Shown: in pieces, positions 1 to 10,515 of the stretch
How the letters are laid out: every line of letters starts with the position of its first letter
Position numbering within the stretch: the first letter of the stretch is position 1
From: Rhodosorus marinus CCMP1338
Taxonomy: Eukaryota > Plantae > Rhodophyta
Length of the DNA: 64,000 nt
Direction of reading: 5' to 3'
NCBI GenBank assembly: GCA_029953675.1
Contig: JAMWBK010000003.1
Span: 1,674,001-1,738,000, forward strand
Position numbers and translations under genes: made by a program
The notes under the pieces: generated by a model
What the model saw: only the letters and a program-made list of their open reading frames with translations
The model's database searches: none
Told to the model about the DNA's origin: nothing

Positions 1-34
1 AGAACAAATTTCTCTTCCAAACTAAGCAGCTGAC

Positions 35-35
<1 letters not shown>

Positions 36-61
<26 letters not shown>
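36..61. repeat. (AT)13 microsatellite
   Basis: Perfect AT dinucleotide run read directly. Confidence 0.95.
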
Positions 62-65
<4 letters not shown>

Positions 66-1810
66 AACGGCCCCAACCCTCAATACGCCCCTCGCAACTA
101 TTCCCGAAACTGTCCAACTCCTTATCTCCAACAACCCTCTCCTCCCTCCAGCTCTCTAATTGAAAAAGTCTCATCCAGCGTCTCTTCTTCCATTCTCCAG
201 TTAACGATCGTTCCAAATTCAGCTTCAGACAAAGAAGCCTTCCGACACATCAACCAAACAACCAACAGCTCCACACAGTTACCTCAACACCTTCCACTTC
301 CTTGTCTAACAAGCGTTGCTACCTCAATGCCCTTCTACTCCTCAAACCCGTCCGCCTGGTATACAGAACACGAAACAGTTTGCTTGTGGAAGCCTTCAAA
401 ACTGGACTACCGTCCAACCAAACCTCTCAAACTTCAGCTCGCAAATCGCCTTTCGTCTTCCCTCCGCACTGGAAGTTCCAAAGCAACCAGCCTTTAGTCC
501 TTTTCTTATCAAATACACTCTTAACTCCTGATCTCCCACCGTCTCCAGAGCTCTCTTCGATAAACATGAAAAGTATCAAGCCCAGCGTCACCCAAAACAA
601 CCAGCTTAATGTCCTTTTCTTATCAGAGACACTCTCTAGCTCCTGATCTCTCACCCTGTTCAACAGTGTACACCTAGCCGTGCTCGTCCCTTTTACCTCC
701 ACCAAATCGGCTTCCGACCCAACAAACTCGAGGGCTCTCTTCAAGGCCCACGTTACTTAAAAGGATTGCGTTAACAAGAGAAGTGTTCTCTATGCTTTTC
801 AAAGGTCTGTACGTTCTCATCTCGACGTTCATAAGCAGCTTGCCAGACCACGAACGTCGAGAGCTGATCCCCCTCAGCGTTCTTTTATTTCTAGAATATT
901 CTCTTCATTTTAAGTTTGAAGTCAATGAGGGCTTTGCTGAGCACTGAATTGGAAGAGTTTCGATAGATATTTTTGGTCTGCCTGAATCGGATCTGTTAGT
1001 CCTACAGCGCTGCCTTGGATAAAATAGAGAGACCCTCTCTGTAACGCCACCGGTATGGCTCCAACGCAAACTCAACCCGTTCCGACAAGGCTCCGGCGTC
1101 AGGGTTGGTGACAAATGATGTGTGTGGGGTTGAAGATCAGGCTATTGGCTTGTGTGAGTTGTCCGAGGAGAATACTGGAGAGTCTATTCACTTGTTCAAC
1201 AAGCACTGCACTGCGTTGGATAGGGCGTACAGAATTCATCAGGAGCATCGCCAGCTAGCTTCAGTTCCAACTCAACCGTGCCGCTGAATGGCTGTGGCAA
1301 TTTAGAACTGTTAAATGCAAAGGAAATGTGGATATTCTAGAGAATCGGAATAGGCTGATGTTCATTGTGACCGTGAACGAAAGCCTGTCACGGCAAGGGT
1401 TGTAGGATGGTGAGCCCTGACTGGCGCACCGGCTTGAGAATTACTGTCGCTTTCGAGTTTGCTGCCTCCCGTGAAGCGCGATCTAGTAGTTTTTTCATCT
1501 GGTTCAGCCGTTTTCTGTGTTCCAGAATAGCAAACCTGAACGGCTCCACCGTCGTGAGATGAGCTTCGTTCTTATTCGTAGGGTTATCGGGCTCCGTCAG
1601 GTTTTGCCTTGGTTTGGCCAGCTGATGAATCAATATCCTTAGGAAATTGTTCACTTTGACACGAAACTCTTCCCTGAAAGCCCAATAGAAGTAGGACACT
1701 CTTAAGGCAGTTTTGTTCCCAGTTACAAGTAGTATTTTGTTATACAAAGAAAATGCTCACTCAAAAACGTGAGCAGGCCATTCAGCCTGTTGCTTATGAT
1801 ACACATCAGC

Positions 1811-2873
1811 TTAGCCTGAAGACACCGCGTTTGGAGGGATGCCGAACGAAGTCCGGATGGATGTGCGTGCCGCCTCGAAAACGCAGAAGAAAATAGCTGT
1901 CAGGGGGCCGATGATGGCAACCCTAGCTCCGACGCCTCTGTACAGGGCGAAGAATCCTTCCTCTTTGACAATGCTCAACGCAGCTTGACGAATTCCTGCT
2001 TCCGCTACAGGTCCAGTCATTAGCCGAGTCTTCAGCACATCCACCGGGCATGTCAAGCCAGCGCTAATACCTCCAGCTATCCCCCCGAGCGCTAAGGATT
2101 CTGGAGCGGTGAGTTCTCGCTCCTGCAAGAATGGCGATTCAAGGAAACTACGCCTTAGAAAGATCTGCTTTCCTTACAAGCGCTCGTATGTCAAGGATGC
2201 AAGTGCTTACCCCGACTTGTTTGCGCACAAACGTCTTCAGCCCGTCATAGATTACCATTTCAATCATCGTGAAAGGGATATCTCTGGAGACCGTGGCGAG
2301 CCACCCACGGTACAAGGATTTGACTCCGCCAGTTCGCCATGCACTGGTTAAAGCAGTGCGAAGAGAAGTTGCCCCGCTGGATGCCTGCATCCGCTGCTTC
2401 ATTCCTTCCCACGGAACATCTGTTTAAGCGAGCAATGAATACGGGTCAGACGCCAGCTAATGAAAGACTGTCCGTAGACTCGAAATTGGTACAGAATACT
2501 TACACAGCGAAGAAGCAGAGAGTGCGCAAAAACTTGCCGCTGCTGCTCTGTAAACAGCCGCATAGGCAGCATGGACAGAACCCATCCCCTTCGTGATTGC
2601 CTGGTACATGGAAAACTTGAGCGCGCTTGCGACAGAGGTTCCGATAAGAATGGGCTTCAGGCCAGTTAAGAGGCTGCCCTGCAAGTTCGTGTTTCCAAAA
2701 ATCGCAAAGCGTAAGGCGGGTAGGCCAACCAACTTGGACGCTTGAAGGCGCGTTTTGACGGTGTCCAGAGGGTGGGTCAGGGACGTCGCACAACCAGCCG
2801 CGAGTCCGGCCGAAATTGCGTCTATTCCGATTTCCAACGCCGGCCTGCTCCTCCTCACTTGTACAACACTCAT
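1811..2873 (-). CDS. Mitochondrial carrier family (SLC25) protein, S-adenosylmethionine-carrier-like; multi-exon
   Basis: Three ORF segments (2457-2873, 2148-2402, 1811-2128) join via short GT-AG introns. Carrier signatures Px[DE]xxKxR (HPLDTVKTRLQ, CPVDVLKTRLM) and SLYRG / RDIPF / ALYRGVGARV motifs are present. Confidence 0.9.
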
Positions 2874-3279
2874 TTCGAGACGAAAAGCTCAGACTCAAAG
2901 CCCCTCGATCCTCAGCAAAAAAAAAAATATAAGAAAAGGACAGGCCGCGTTAAACCCGGACTCGGCAAGTCAGGAACAACACAGAAACAAAACCCTCCCA
3001 AAACCCTCCCAGCCGCCAACTTCCACGCCCCAAAAATAACACCTCGACTTTTCAAGCCTCTAAAACCAAAATCAGAGCCGAAGCGACCACCTCAGCCCTT
3101 CCCCTCCGACCCAAACCACCTCCCCACCCAGATCCAGACGAGCACATCAGCCCTATTCAAAACCAAAAACCCAAAGCTCTCATCCTCCTATGCGTCAACA
3201 CCCCCCACTTGCTCCTCTCCTATTCTCCAAAATTACTTCACCTCAAACAACTTTCACAAAACCTCCAATCACCTCCCAC

Positions 3280-3410
3280 ACCCTTCACCCCAACCAACGC
3301 CAGAACCCCGTACTCCTCCCACACCCGTCACCCCAACCACCGCCAAAATCCCATACTCCTCCCACACACATCACCCCAACCACCGCCAAAACCCCATACT
3401 CCTCCTCCTC
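3280..3410. repeat. 43-bp tandem repeat, ~3 copies (CACCCCAACCACCGCCAAAATCCCATACTCCTCCCACAC..)
   Basis: Unit starts at 3286, 3329 and 3372 with a few substitutions. It lies upstream of the carrier gene. Confidence 0.9.
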
Positions 3411-4220
3411 CTCCCGCCCTCCCCCCACAATCTCATTTCCCAACCCCAACTGAAACGAAAACCTCCATCATCGCTCTGCTCACCGAACCTTCCCGTCCCA
3501 ACTCCGTAGTTCTCCCATCGGACGGGAAACTCCTTTACCTTACCTACCCTCCCCGTACCAAAGAAAAACAAGCGGGTTTCTGTATTTTTATATTCAAAAA
3601 ACGGCTTGTTGAAAAAATATCGCAAATAAAATCTATCCCCGAATCTATGACCCCTTGAATTTTTAATACTAAATATCTTTTTCTCGGTAAAACTCTTTTA
3701 TTATGAATGGAAAACGAGAGGCGTTTTCCCTGTCGTGACAAGGGACGCACGATCTAAGAATCCTTGAAAAAAGAAATGAAAAACAAATATCGGGGACGAC
3801 AGGCGGGAATCCTTTGTTTCATACACCAAAAAAAAGAAGAAAAAGTCTGACATCATGAGAGGTTCCAACCCTCTCGTTTTTTTGCATTGTTAGAGGGTCG
3901 CATAAATATTATTTTAATACGTGAATTGGGAGTAAAATGTTCTAAAAAATATCCATCTCGATCGATTCGGTGTCAGCCCGCAAGAGGTGGGAGCTCCAAC
4001 GACTCGTGGATAAACATGAGAAATTAAAAAAAGTGGGGTACAAAAATCAAAACTTTCGTTTTGCTTCTATATATATAATGTATTTAAGGCATAGCGTGTT
4101 TCGAGAGTTTGAGTATAGGGGGGGTATGTCAATTTTAAGTTTGGTGGTGGGGATGCCAATTATCGCATACATTGAAAAGGGAGGTTTGTGGGTTTTTGAG
4201 CGTGAGGAGGAGGATTTTGG

Positions 4221-4955
4221 ATGAAAAGTCTCCGAAACCCTCAAACTCAAAAACACCTTTGGCTGTTGTCCTCTGGTAGCAGACATTCCTCGCTTCCCTC
4301 CCCCCCCCCTCTCCAACTCACAAGCAATGGATCAGAATGCTCCTATCTAAGCAAGTTCGCTGCGTACAATAGCCCAAGGCGGAATGGTGGATTCCGTATT
4401 GTTCTGTTCACAGATGTGGTGTCAACTCCACGTACTCTGATAGTCGCAACGCGAAACGGTTCGATGAAGGAAACTCATGCTTGATTTCAATCCCCGCAAA
4501 CACCCCCAGTTGGTTGCCAGTAAGATGGGAACGAGTCAGTCCACACCCTGGACCGTTACGGGGTTGTCTATAGAAGGATATCGAGGTAAGTCTCTTCGAA
4601 AACTGCCGCGTTCTCAGTGGGAGGGCTCGTCTGCTACGGCTGGGTATCTGAGTTCTATTCTCAGCCACGCCCTCATGCCGTGCATCTTCGATGTGAACAG
4701 ATATGGATTTCATTTCCACGGCCCCTCGGCGTTCCACGCGCTTCCTCGTCTCATACTAACACGGTTGCTCTTTCTTTTATGGCAGTTCAGACATCTGCAA
4801 GAGGTTGTTATGAGATACATAGTATAACTAACCAAATTCACTGTTCGAAGATGCTCCTCCCTCTCTTCAGGAGTCAAGTTAAGTTTGCATCTGTGCGGAA
4901 TGCAGCTGCTGCATTCTCCGACGCAAAGAAGCTGCGTAAAGAATTCCGTTCATAG
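4221..4955 (+). CDS. Hypothetical ~127-132 aa protein encoded by a micro-exon gene model
   Basis: Exons 4221-4363, 4414-4519, 4574-4585 (12 nt), optional 4665-4679 (15 nt), 4786-4803 (18 nt) and 4851-4955 splice in frame. Donors GTAAGA/GTAAGT, TACTAAC at 4754 and ACTAAC before 4850. No homology recognised. Confidence 0.45.
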
Positions 4956-5051
4956 TTGATTCAAATACGTCCTAATTCTCAACTTGTGTAATAACTAAGC
5001 TCGATGATGTTTAACTATTCCGCTGCTGGTACATGGTTCCTGTTTTGAAGG

Positions 5052-5932
5052 TTAGAACATGTCTTCAATATCAAAACCGATGTACGGCAGTTCTTCGCCT
5101 TTTACGAGGGCGTTGAGATCATCTTCCAGAACAGACACAGGGATTTTGCCTATCAACGTGGTTTGAAGCTGTAGTTGGAAAGGGAAGGAGATGTTAGCGG
5201 GTCTTCCGGGTGGGGAACTCTTTCCAATAGAAGCGTTTACTCCCGCGATTTCTCTCGAATTGAACTTACTTTACCGTCAGCGTCGAGAAGAGCGAAATGG
5301 GGAACTCCATCAACGCGGTACTTGTACAGTAATTCCCTGTAGTTTGGGTTTTCTCCATTCATAACAACGAAGTTCACTGAACCCGCAAATTCTGTCTCGA
5401 GCTTGGATACTTTTGGAGCCATCTTCATACAGCTTTCACACCAGTCCGCGTAGAATTCGAGCACAGTTGGTTTTGCGTTCGATACAGCGACCTGAGACGT
5501 ACGTAGTCAAGGCGATGTATGATTGAGCCTACCAAGAACAAGAACTTTGTACAAAAGGAAAAACCTGCTAGCCCATTGACTCGTAAGGCCTCCTACCTCA
5601 TAGGTGGGAGATAGCTGCTCCATTCCATGCAGCATTGTGATCGGATTTCCCAGTGTATACTTTTCGCCAAGATAAAATGCGACACCAAGAACTACTCCGA
5701 GGAACGCCTTTGCAATTTTCTGTCTCATTTCAACTCGACCTTCGATCTCCACTCTTTGCACGTCAGCCTTAAACTGATCCTTCTCCTCCTCAACATCCCT
5801 CCCCAAAGCTTTCGCCATCTTCTCCTGAACCGTGAGCTCAGGCTTCTCACTCATTCGCACTCGGCATACTCGATTCGTTGTCGCCTTCCTCGGTCTTCCA
5901 ACCACCAAACCAGCACCCACAAACAATAACAT
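5052..5932 (-). CDS. HCF164: HCF164/TxlA-like plastid thioredoxin (thylakoid thiol-disulfide oxidoreductase); 3 exons
   Basis: Transit peptide MLLFVGAG..., one TM segment, then EFYADWCESC...VNFVVMN...VDGVPHFALLDADG...GKIPVSVLEDDLNAL...LPY. Introns at 5492-5596 and one starting GTAAGT at 5269. Confidence 0.85.
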
Positions 5933-6335
5933 CTTTGCTACTTTCACTTTTAAAAAAACCAGTCCAGCGTCATAAAACAAAACAAAACACAAACAGAACC
6001 AAAAACCACCTCAAATCCGTTCCAGAACGCTCTTCAAATACAGCAAAATCCGCTTATCACCTTCAAAAACAAAATACGTTCCTCACAACTCACCAACTCC
6101 AATCAAACTCTCCTACAATAATATGCATAGTACACAACCAGTGTCGAAAGAAGCTCAAGCCTTCCCTTCCACCACACTCACCAAGTCCCTCGCTTTCTAT
6201 ACTTCCTCGTTCAATCCCTAAAACGCAGTCCTCTTCTAAAAGCTGTAAGAAAGGCTAAGGTCGTTAATAAAGTTCCAACGACCACAAAGAAAAATCCAAG
6301 ACTCCTAAACGCTCTGTCTGAATCCTTCCTCGTCA

Positions 6336-7648
6336 AATACTGTCTCTACCTCACTGAGTACGAGCAGTAGTGGCTGCTGTATTCAACGCTCACTAAACGG
6401 ATGCCTAGTGCGCAAACCCTGGGAAGAAGAAGAAAGCAATGGGACGGGCGCATCTGCATCTCCTAGAATAAGGCCGAAGTATAAAGATCAGCGTCCAATA
6501 CTGTCTCTACCTCACTGAGTAAGAGCAGTAGTGGCTGCTGCATTCAAAGCTCACTAAACGGGTGCCCAGTGCGCAAACCCCGGGGAAGAAGAAAGCAATT
6601 GGACGGGTGCGTCTCTTAGAGTAAGACCGGAGTACAAAGATCAGCGTCCAATACTGTCTCTACCTCGCTGAGTAAGAGCAGTAGTGGCTGCTGTATTCAT
6701 AGCTCACTACACGGATGCCTTGTGCACAAACCCTGGGAAGAAGGAAAGCTAATGGGACGGGTGCGTCTCCTAGACTAAGGCCGAAGTACAAAGATCAGCG
6801 TCCAATACTGTCTCTACCTCACTGAGTAAGAGCAGTAGTGGCTGCTGTATTCAAAGCTCACTAAACGGGTGCCCAGTGCGCAAACCCTGGGAAGAAGAAG
6901 AAAGCAATTGGACGGGTGCGTCTCTTAGAGTAAGACCGGAGTACAAAGATCAGCGTCCAATACTGTCTCTACCTTACTGAGTAAGAGCAGTAGTGGCTGC
7001 TGTATTCATAGCTCACTACACGGATGCCTTGTGCACAAACCCTGGGAAGAAGGAAAGCTAATGGGACGGGTGCGTCTCCTAGACTAAGGCCGAAGTACAA
7101 AGATCAGCGTCCAATACTGTCTCTACCTCACTGAGTAAGAGCAGTAGTGGCTGCTGTATTCATAGCTCACTACACGGATGCCTCGTGCGCAAACCCTGGG
7201 AAGAAGGAAACCTAATGGGACGGGTGCGTCTCCTAGACTAAGGCCGCAGTACAAAGATCAGCGTCCAATACTGTCTCTACCTCACTGAGTAAGAGCAGTA
7301 GTGGCTGCTGTATTCAAAGCTCACTAAACGGATGCCTAGTGCGCAAACCCTGGGAAGAAGAAGAAAGCAATGGGACGGGCGCGTCTCTTAGCCACAGGCC
7401 GCAGTACAAAGATCAGCGTCCAATACTGTCTCTACCTCAGTGAATAAGAGCAGTAGTGGCTGCTGTATTCAAAGCTAATTAAACGGATGCCTAGTGCGCA
7501 AACCCTGGGAAGAAAGAGAAAGCAATGGGAAGTGCGCGTCTCTTAGAGCAAGACCGCAGTACAAAGATCGGCGTCTAATAGTGTCTCTACCTCACTGAGT
7601 AAGAGCAGTAGTGTCTGCTGTATTCATAGCTCACTATACGGATGCCTA
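6336..7648. repeat. Tandem satellite, ~154-bp unit, ~8.5 copies
   Basis: AATACTGTCTCTACC unit starts at 6336, 6497, 6650, 6804, 6959, 7113, 7267, 7422 and 7577 (periods 161, 153, 154, 155, 154, 154, 155, 155). Length variation lies mainly in a (GAA)n tract. Confidence 0.97.
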
Positions 7649-8730
7649 CTTCGCTTCCTTCGTTGCACTCTGCGGTTCGATATACTATGACTAGATGTTG
7701 AGCAGGTAATGTCAAGTCTGGAAGGGCCGGTACAGCATTAATCTTTCCAGGCCTTTTGATGACGGAAAGACAGTCCGATGAAGCTGCTGAGTCAAGTTTT
7801 CAGGGACTCTGCATGAAATTTCGATGATTAAGATTCGGAATCACTGTAGTCCTCGCGGCATGTAAAAGTGACGAGTAGGTTAACCGATACTCAAGTGAAC
7901 CCTCAAGGAAGGAGATCAGGGAATAGAATGAAAGAACGGAAGTTGCTTTGGGTGTGTATCGAGATCCGGGTGGAATGTTTTCGTCTGATTTGGATTGCCT
8001 TTTACATAGACTCAGTGGGTTTCACCCGCCCCCGCCCCCACCAGCACTGCGATCTTTGTCTCGGGAGACCTTTGAGGGTGGGTATGTCCCGCTCTAGGTC
8101 ATTTCCTTGTTCGGGAGAGTGAGAGAGAAGTCCAAGACGGATGCACGGCGTTGCCCGCTGAATAACTCGGCCAAGCTGAACCTGCGCATTAGTCTCAAAA
8201 ACAGTTCTCAGACGAAAAGCGGGGAAAATGGATGTATTTCGATAGCCTTTCAGGAAACACGTCTGTGGAAGAGGTCCATCCTGGAACGCATGCGGGAGAG
8301 ACACTGATCCTCGAAGGCTTCCACAAAGTCGTCTTCCTGTGGGAGCGGCACCAAGAGTGACAGAGGCTCTGAAACTACGTGCTTCTGTCGTGGATGGTTC
8401 CCGAGAGCTTTTTGTTCTGCTGAAATTTCCAACTTCTGGGAGGCGTCCTGTTGATCGTCAATGACTCGACGATAAATACGGCCTTGACCGTCCAGACTTG
8501 GCATCGCTTCTGAACATATGCTCATGATATGGTCCTAAATCTTTCCTCTGAAGTCGTTCAATCCGCGCCAAGATTCTAAAAATCCATCGGTTTTGTGAGG
8601 GTTAGATTGGAGTGTTTAAGAAGTCGTCTCCTTCCTAGACTCTGGAAAGTGGGTGGGTCGTCATCATAGGTCGACGGCAGAGGTCGACGTAGGCTACGGA
8701 GGATTCGGTGCTTTCAACGAGAACTTGAGA

Positions 8731-9063
8731 ATGATATCTCGTTCAATAGCTTCGATTTGCTTTCTCAGAGCGGACGGTTTACTTCTGCTCAGGGCAATAT
8801 CTGGCGTTTCTACATGGAAGAGCACTGGACGTCGGACGAGAGGGATTCGATGGATGTGCACGGAGTCGTCGAGCACTGTAAAAAAAATTCCGACGAAGGA
8901 CCTGTGGAAGGATGGAAGGTACGGCAAATGCTTGATATGTGATAAACCCGTTCAGTTCCCGGGACTTAGCCACTGGAAGTGCGAGTCTTGTGGATGGGTT
9001 GCTAGGGAGGATCCGATGAATGCAAAGGAAGCCAAAGAGGAGGAAGAAACAGACTTTAAGTAA
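8731..9063 (+). CDS. Small protein (110 aa) with mitochondrial-type presequence and CxxC-x12-CxxC zinc ribbon
   Basis: ATG at 8731. The N-terminus is R/S/L-rich with only one acidic residue and ends RGIRWMC|TESS. It is followed by KCLICDKPVQFPGLSHWKCESCGW and an acidic tail. Confidence 0.55.
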   Translation: MISRSIASICFLRADGLLLLRAISGVSTWKSTGRRTRGIRWMCTESSSTVKKIPTKDLWKDGRYGKCLICDKPVQFPGLSHWKCESCGWVAREDPMNAKEAKEEEETDFK

Positions 9064-9880
9064 ACGAGACACCTGCAGACGGGAGCAGTGTGATCTAGAA
9101 GAAATATTCAAGAATCAGAAAAACTCTCAGTCCAAAAAACAGTCCCCATCAAGTTTCGTCATCCAATTGTGGACGGAACCCAGTCAAGAAAACTCATTCA
9201 CGACTTGTTCTCCGCGGAGCCCAAGCTCGAGCCAGTCTCCTCGTGTTCGTTGATCATCCGTACAATCACAGGCGATAGTTTCCATACTCTATGCAGAGTA
9301 CTTTCCTGTCTAGTCGGCAACTATCCCTCCTCTTCAGAACCTAGCGACGGATTGACACCTACTCTAGCACATCGACTGCAGTCCATACTTCATCTATTGT
9401 TGCCGAAGAGCTGCATGGATGATACCAAAAGTGATCAGGACAATACTTTGGAGCACTGTAAGAGGTTGTTACAATACCAAACGTACAATCTCTCTCCAGT
9501 CTCGATTGGTCCACATTGCTCCGACGACCGGTTGATGAGACGTGGGCACCACTCGTCCCAGCGTGCCGGAAGAAGATCTGACATGTACAGGAAGACTGTC
9601 CTGACTAAAATCTTGTTGTCAACGTTTGGAGAGCGTGAAGCTGAACCTGATCGGATCGATTAGACATTCTTTTCTTGGTGCTCTTTCATCGTTACGAAGA
9701 CGGTTTTTGGTATAGGTTTAGGACCGAGGTGCTAGAAGAGGATCTGATCGATTTACTGGACTTGTAAGTCTTTAGTCAGGGTTTTGTTTTGTCGGACCGT
9801 CCTCGAGAAGCTGAAAATCACCGATCGATCGACTCGACAGTCTGTTTTGGAAACTGTTAGAAGAAGAAGACGGGAGCGAC

Positions 9881-10294
9881 ATGGTGAACCGAACGGATGA
9901 ATTTTTTGCCGCGGTAACGAAGGAAATCGAAGGTCTGGAGATGAATCATGTGATTCCGATGCAAAAGAAAGCGTTTTTGTGTAGTGCGGATTGCTGTGAT
10001 GGGAAGACGACCAGGGCGGAAGTGGTTGGGAAATGTGTAGATAACTGTCAGAGGCCTCTTCAATTCATCCAGCAGACCGTGAATAGTGCTGTCCAGCAGT
10101 TGTCGAATAAGTTCTCCGCGTGTGAAGCGCAGTGCCAGGATAAAGCTAACTATATCGCTGAGGACAGATCACAGAAAGCCGCTCGGAGGTTTTATGATAG
10201 GTGCGTTTCTGACTGTGCAGAGAGCTGTGAGAAGCACCTGCCCGAAATGGTTGAACATCTACGTACCGCCGTCGGAGAAGCTGAGCCGTTGTAA
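9881..10294 (+). CDS. FAM136A: FAM136A-like (DUF842) protein, intronless
   Basis: Characteristic Cys pattern: MQKKAFLCSADCCD...CVDNCQRPL...CEAQCQDK...CVSDCAESC..HLP. Confidence 0.9.
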   Translation: MVNRTDEFFAAVTKEIEGLEMNHVIPMQKKAFLCSADCCDGKTTRAEVVGKCVDNCQRPLQFIQQTVNSAVQQLSNKFSACEAQCQDKANYIAEDRSQKAARRFYDRCVSDCAESCEKHLPEMVEHLRTAVGEAEPL

Positions 10295-10515
10295 CGAGGA
10301 AATGACAAGTCAGATCAGTTGTTTCTTCTTCGCATTCCACACTACTTCATTCAAAAACTCGGTAAGTTTTGTGAAGATGAGCACGCACTTCAGAGAACCA
10401 CTCCGCTGATGAGCAAACTGGAGATTTGCTACTCAGCAGAAAGGACTGTACTAAAGTAAATGTGAGCTTTGATCCGTGAGCAGACGACGACCGACGACTT
10501 AGACCTAATAAAGAC

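Noticed and set aside
780-1750. Protein-like fragments on - strand
   Set aside because: Fragments are interrupted by stops and frame changes and no family is recognised. Possibly a decayed gene.
2742-3509. 255-aa P/T/K-rich ORF on +
   Set aside because: It is the antisense or compositional shadow of the carrier 5' region and the 43-bp C-rich repeat, and it uses a non-ATG start.
6336-7648. Satellite as a CRISPR array or repeated coding exon
   Set aside because: Whole units are repeated with no unique spacers and the context is eukaryotic. The apparent exon between TAG and GTAAGA is 52 nt (frame-shifting) with stops in two frames.
7990-8525. Possible spliced gene on -
   Set aside because: Splice signals exist but several incompatible models fit and there is no recognisable domain, so it is left uncalled.
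9169-9663. 164-aa ORF on + or alternative spliced model on -
   Set aside because: GTG start, no motifs, and competing models on the opposite strand. It cannot be supported without RNA data.
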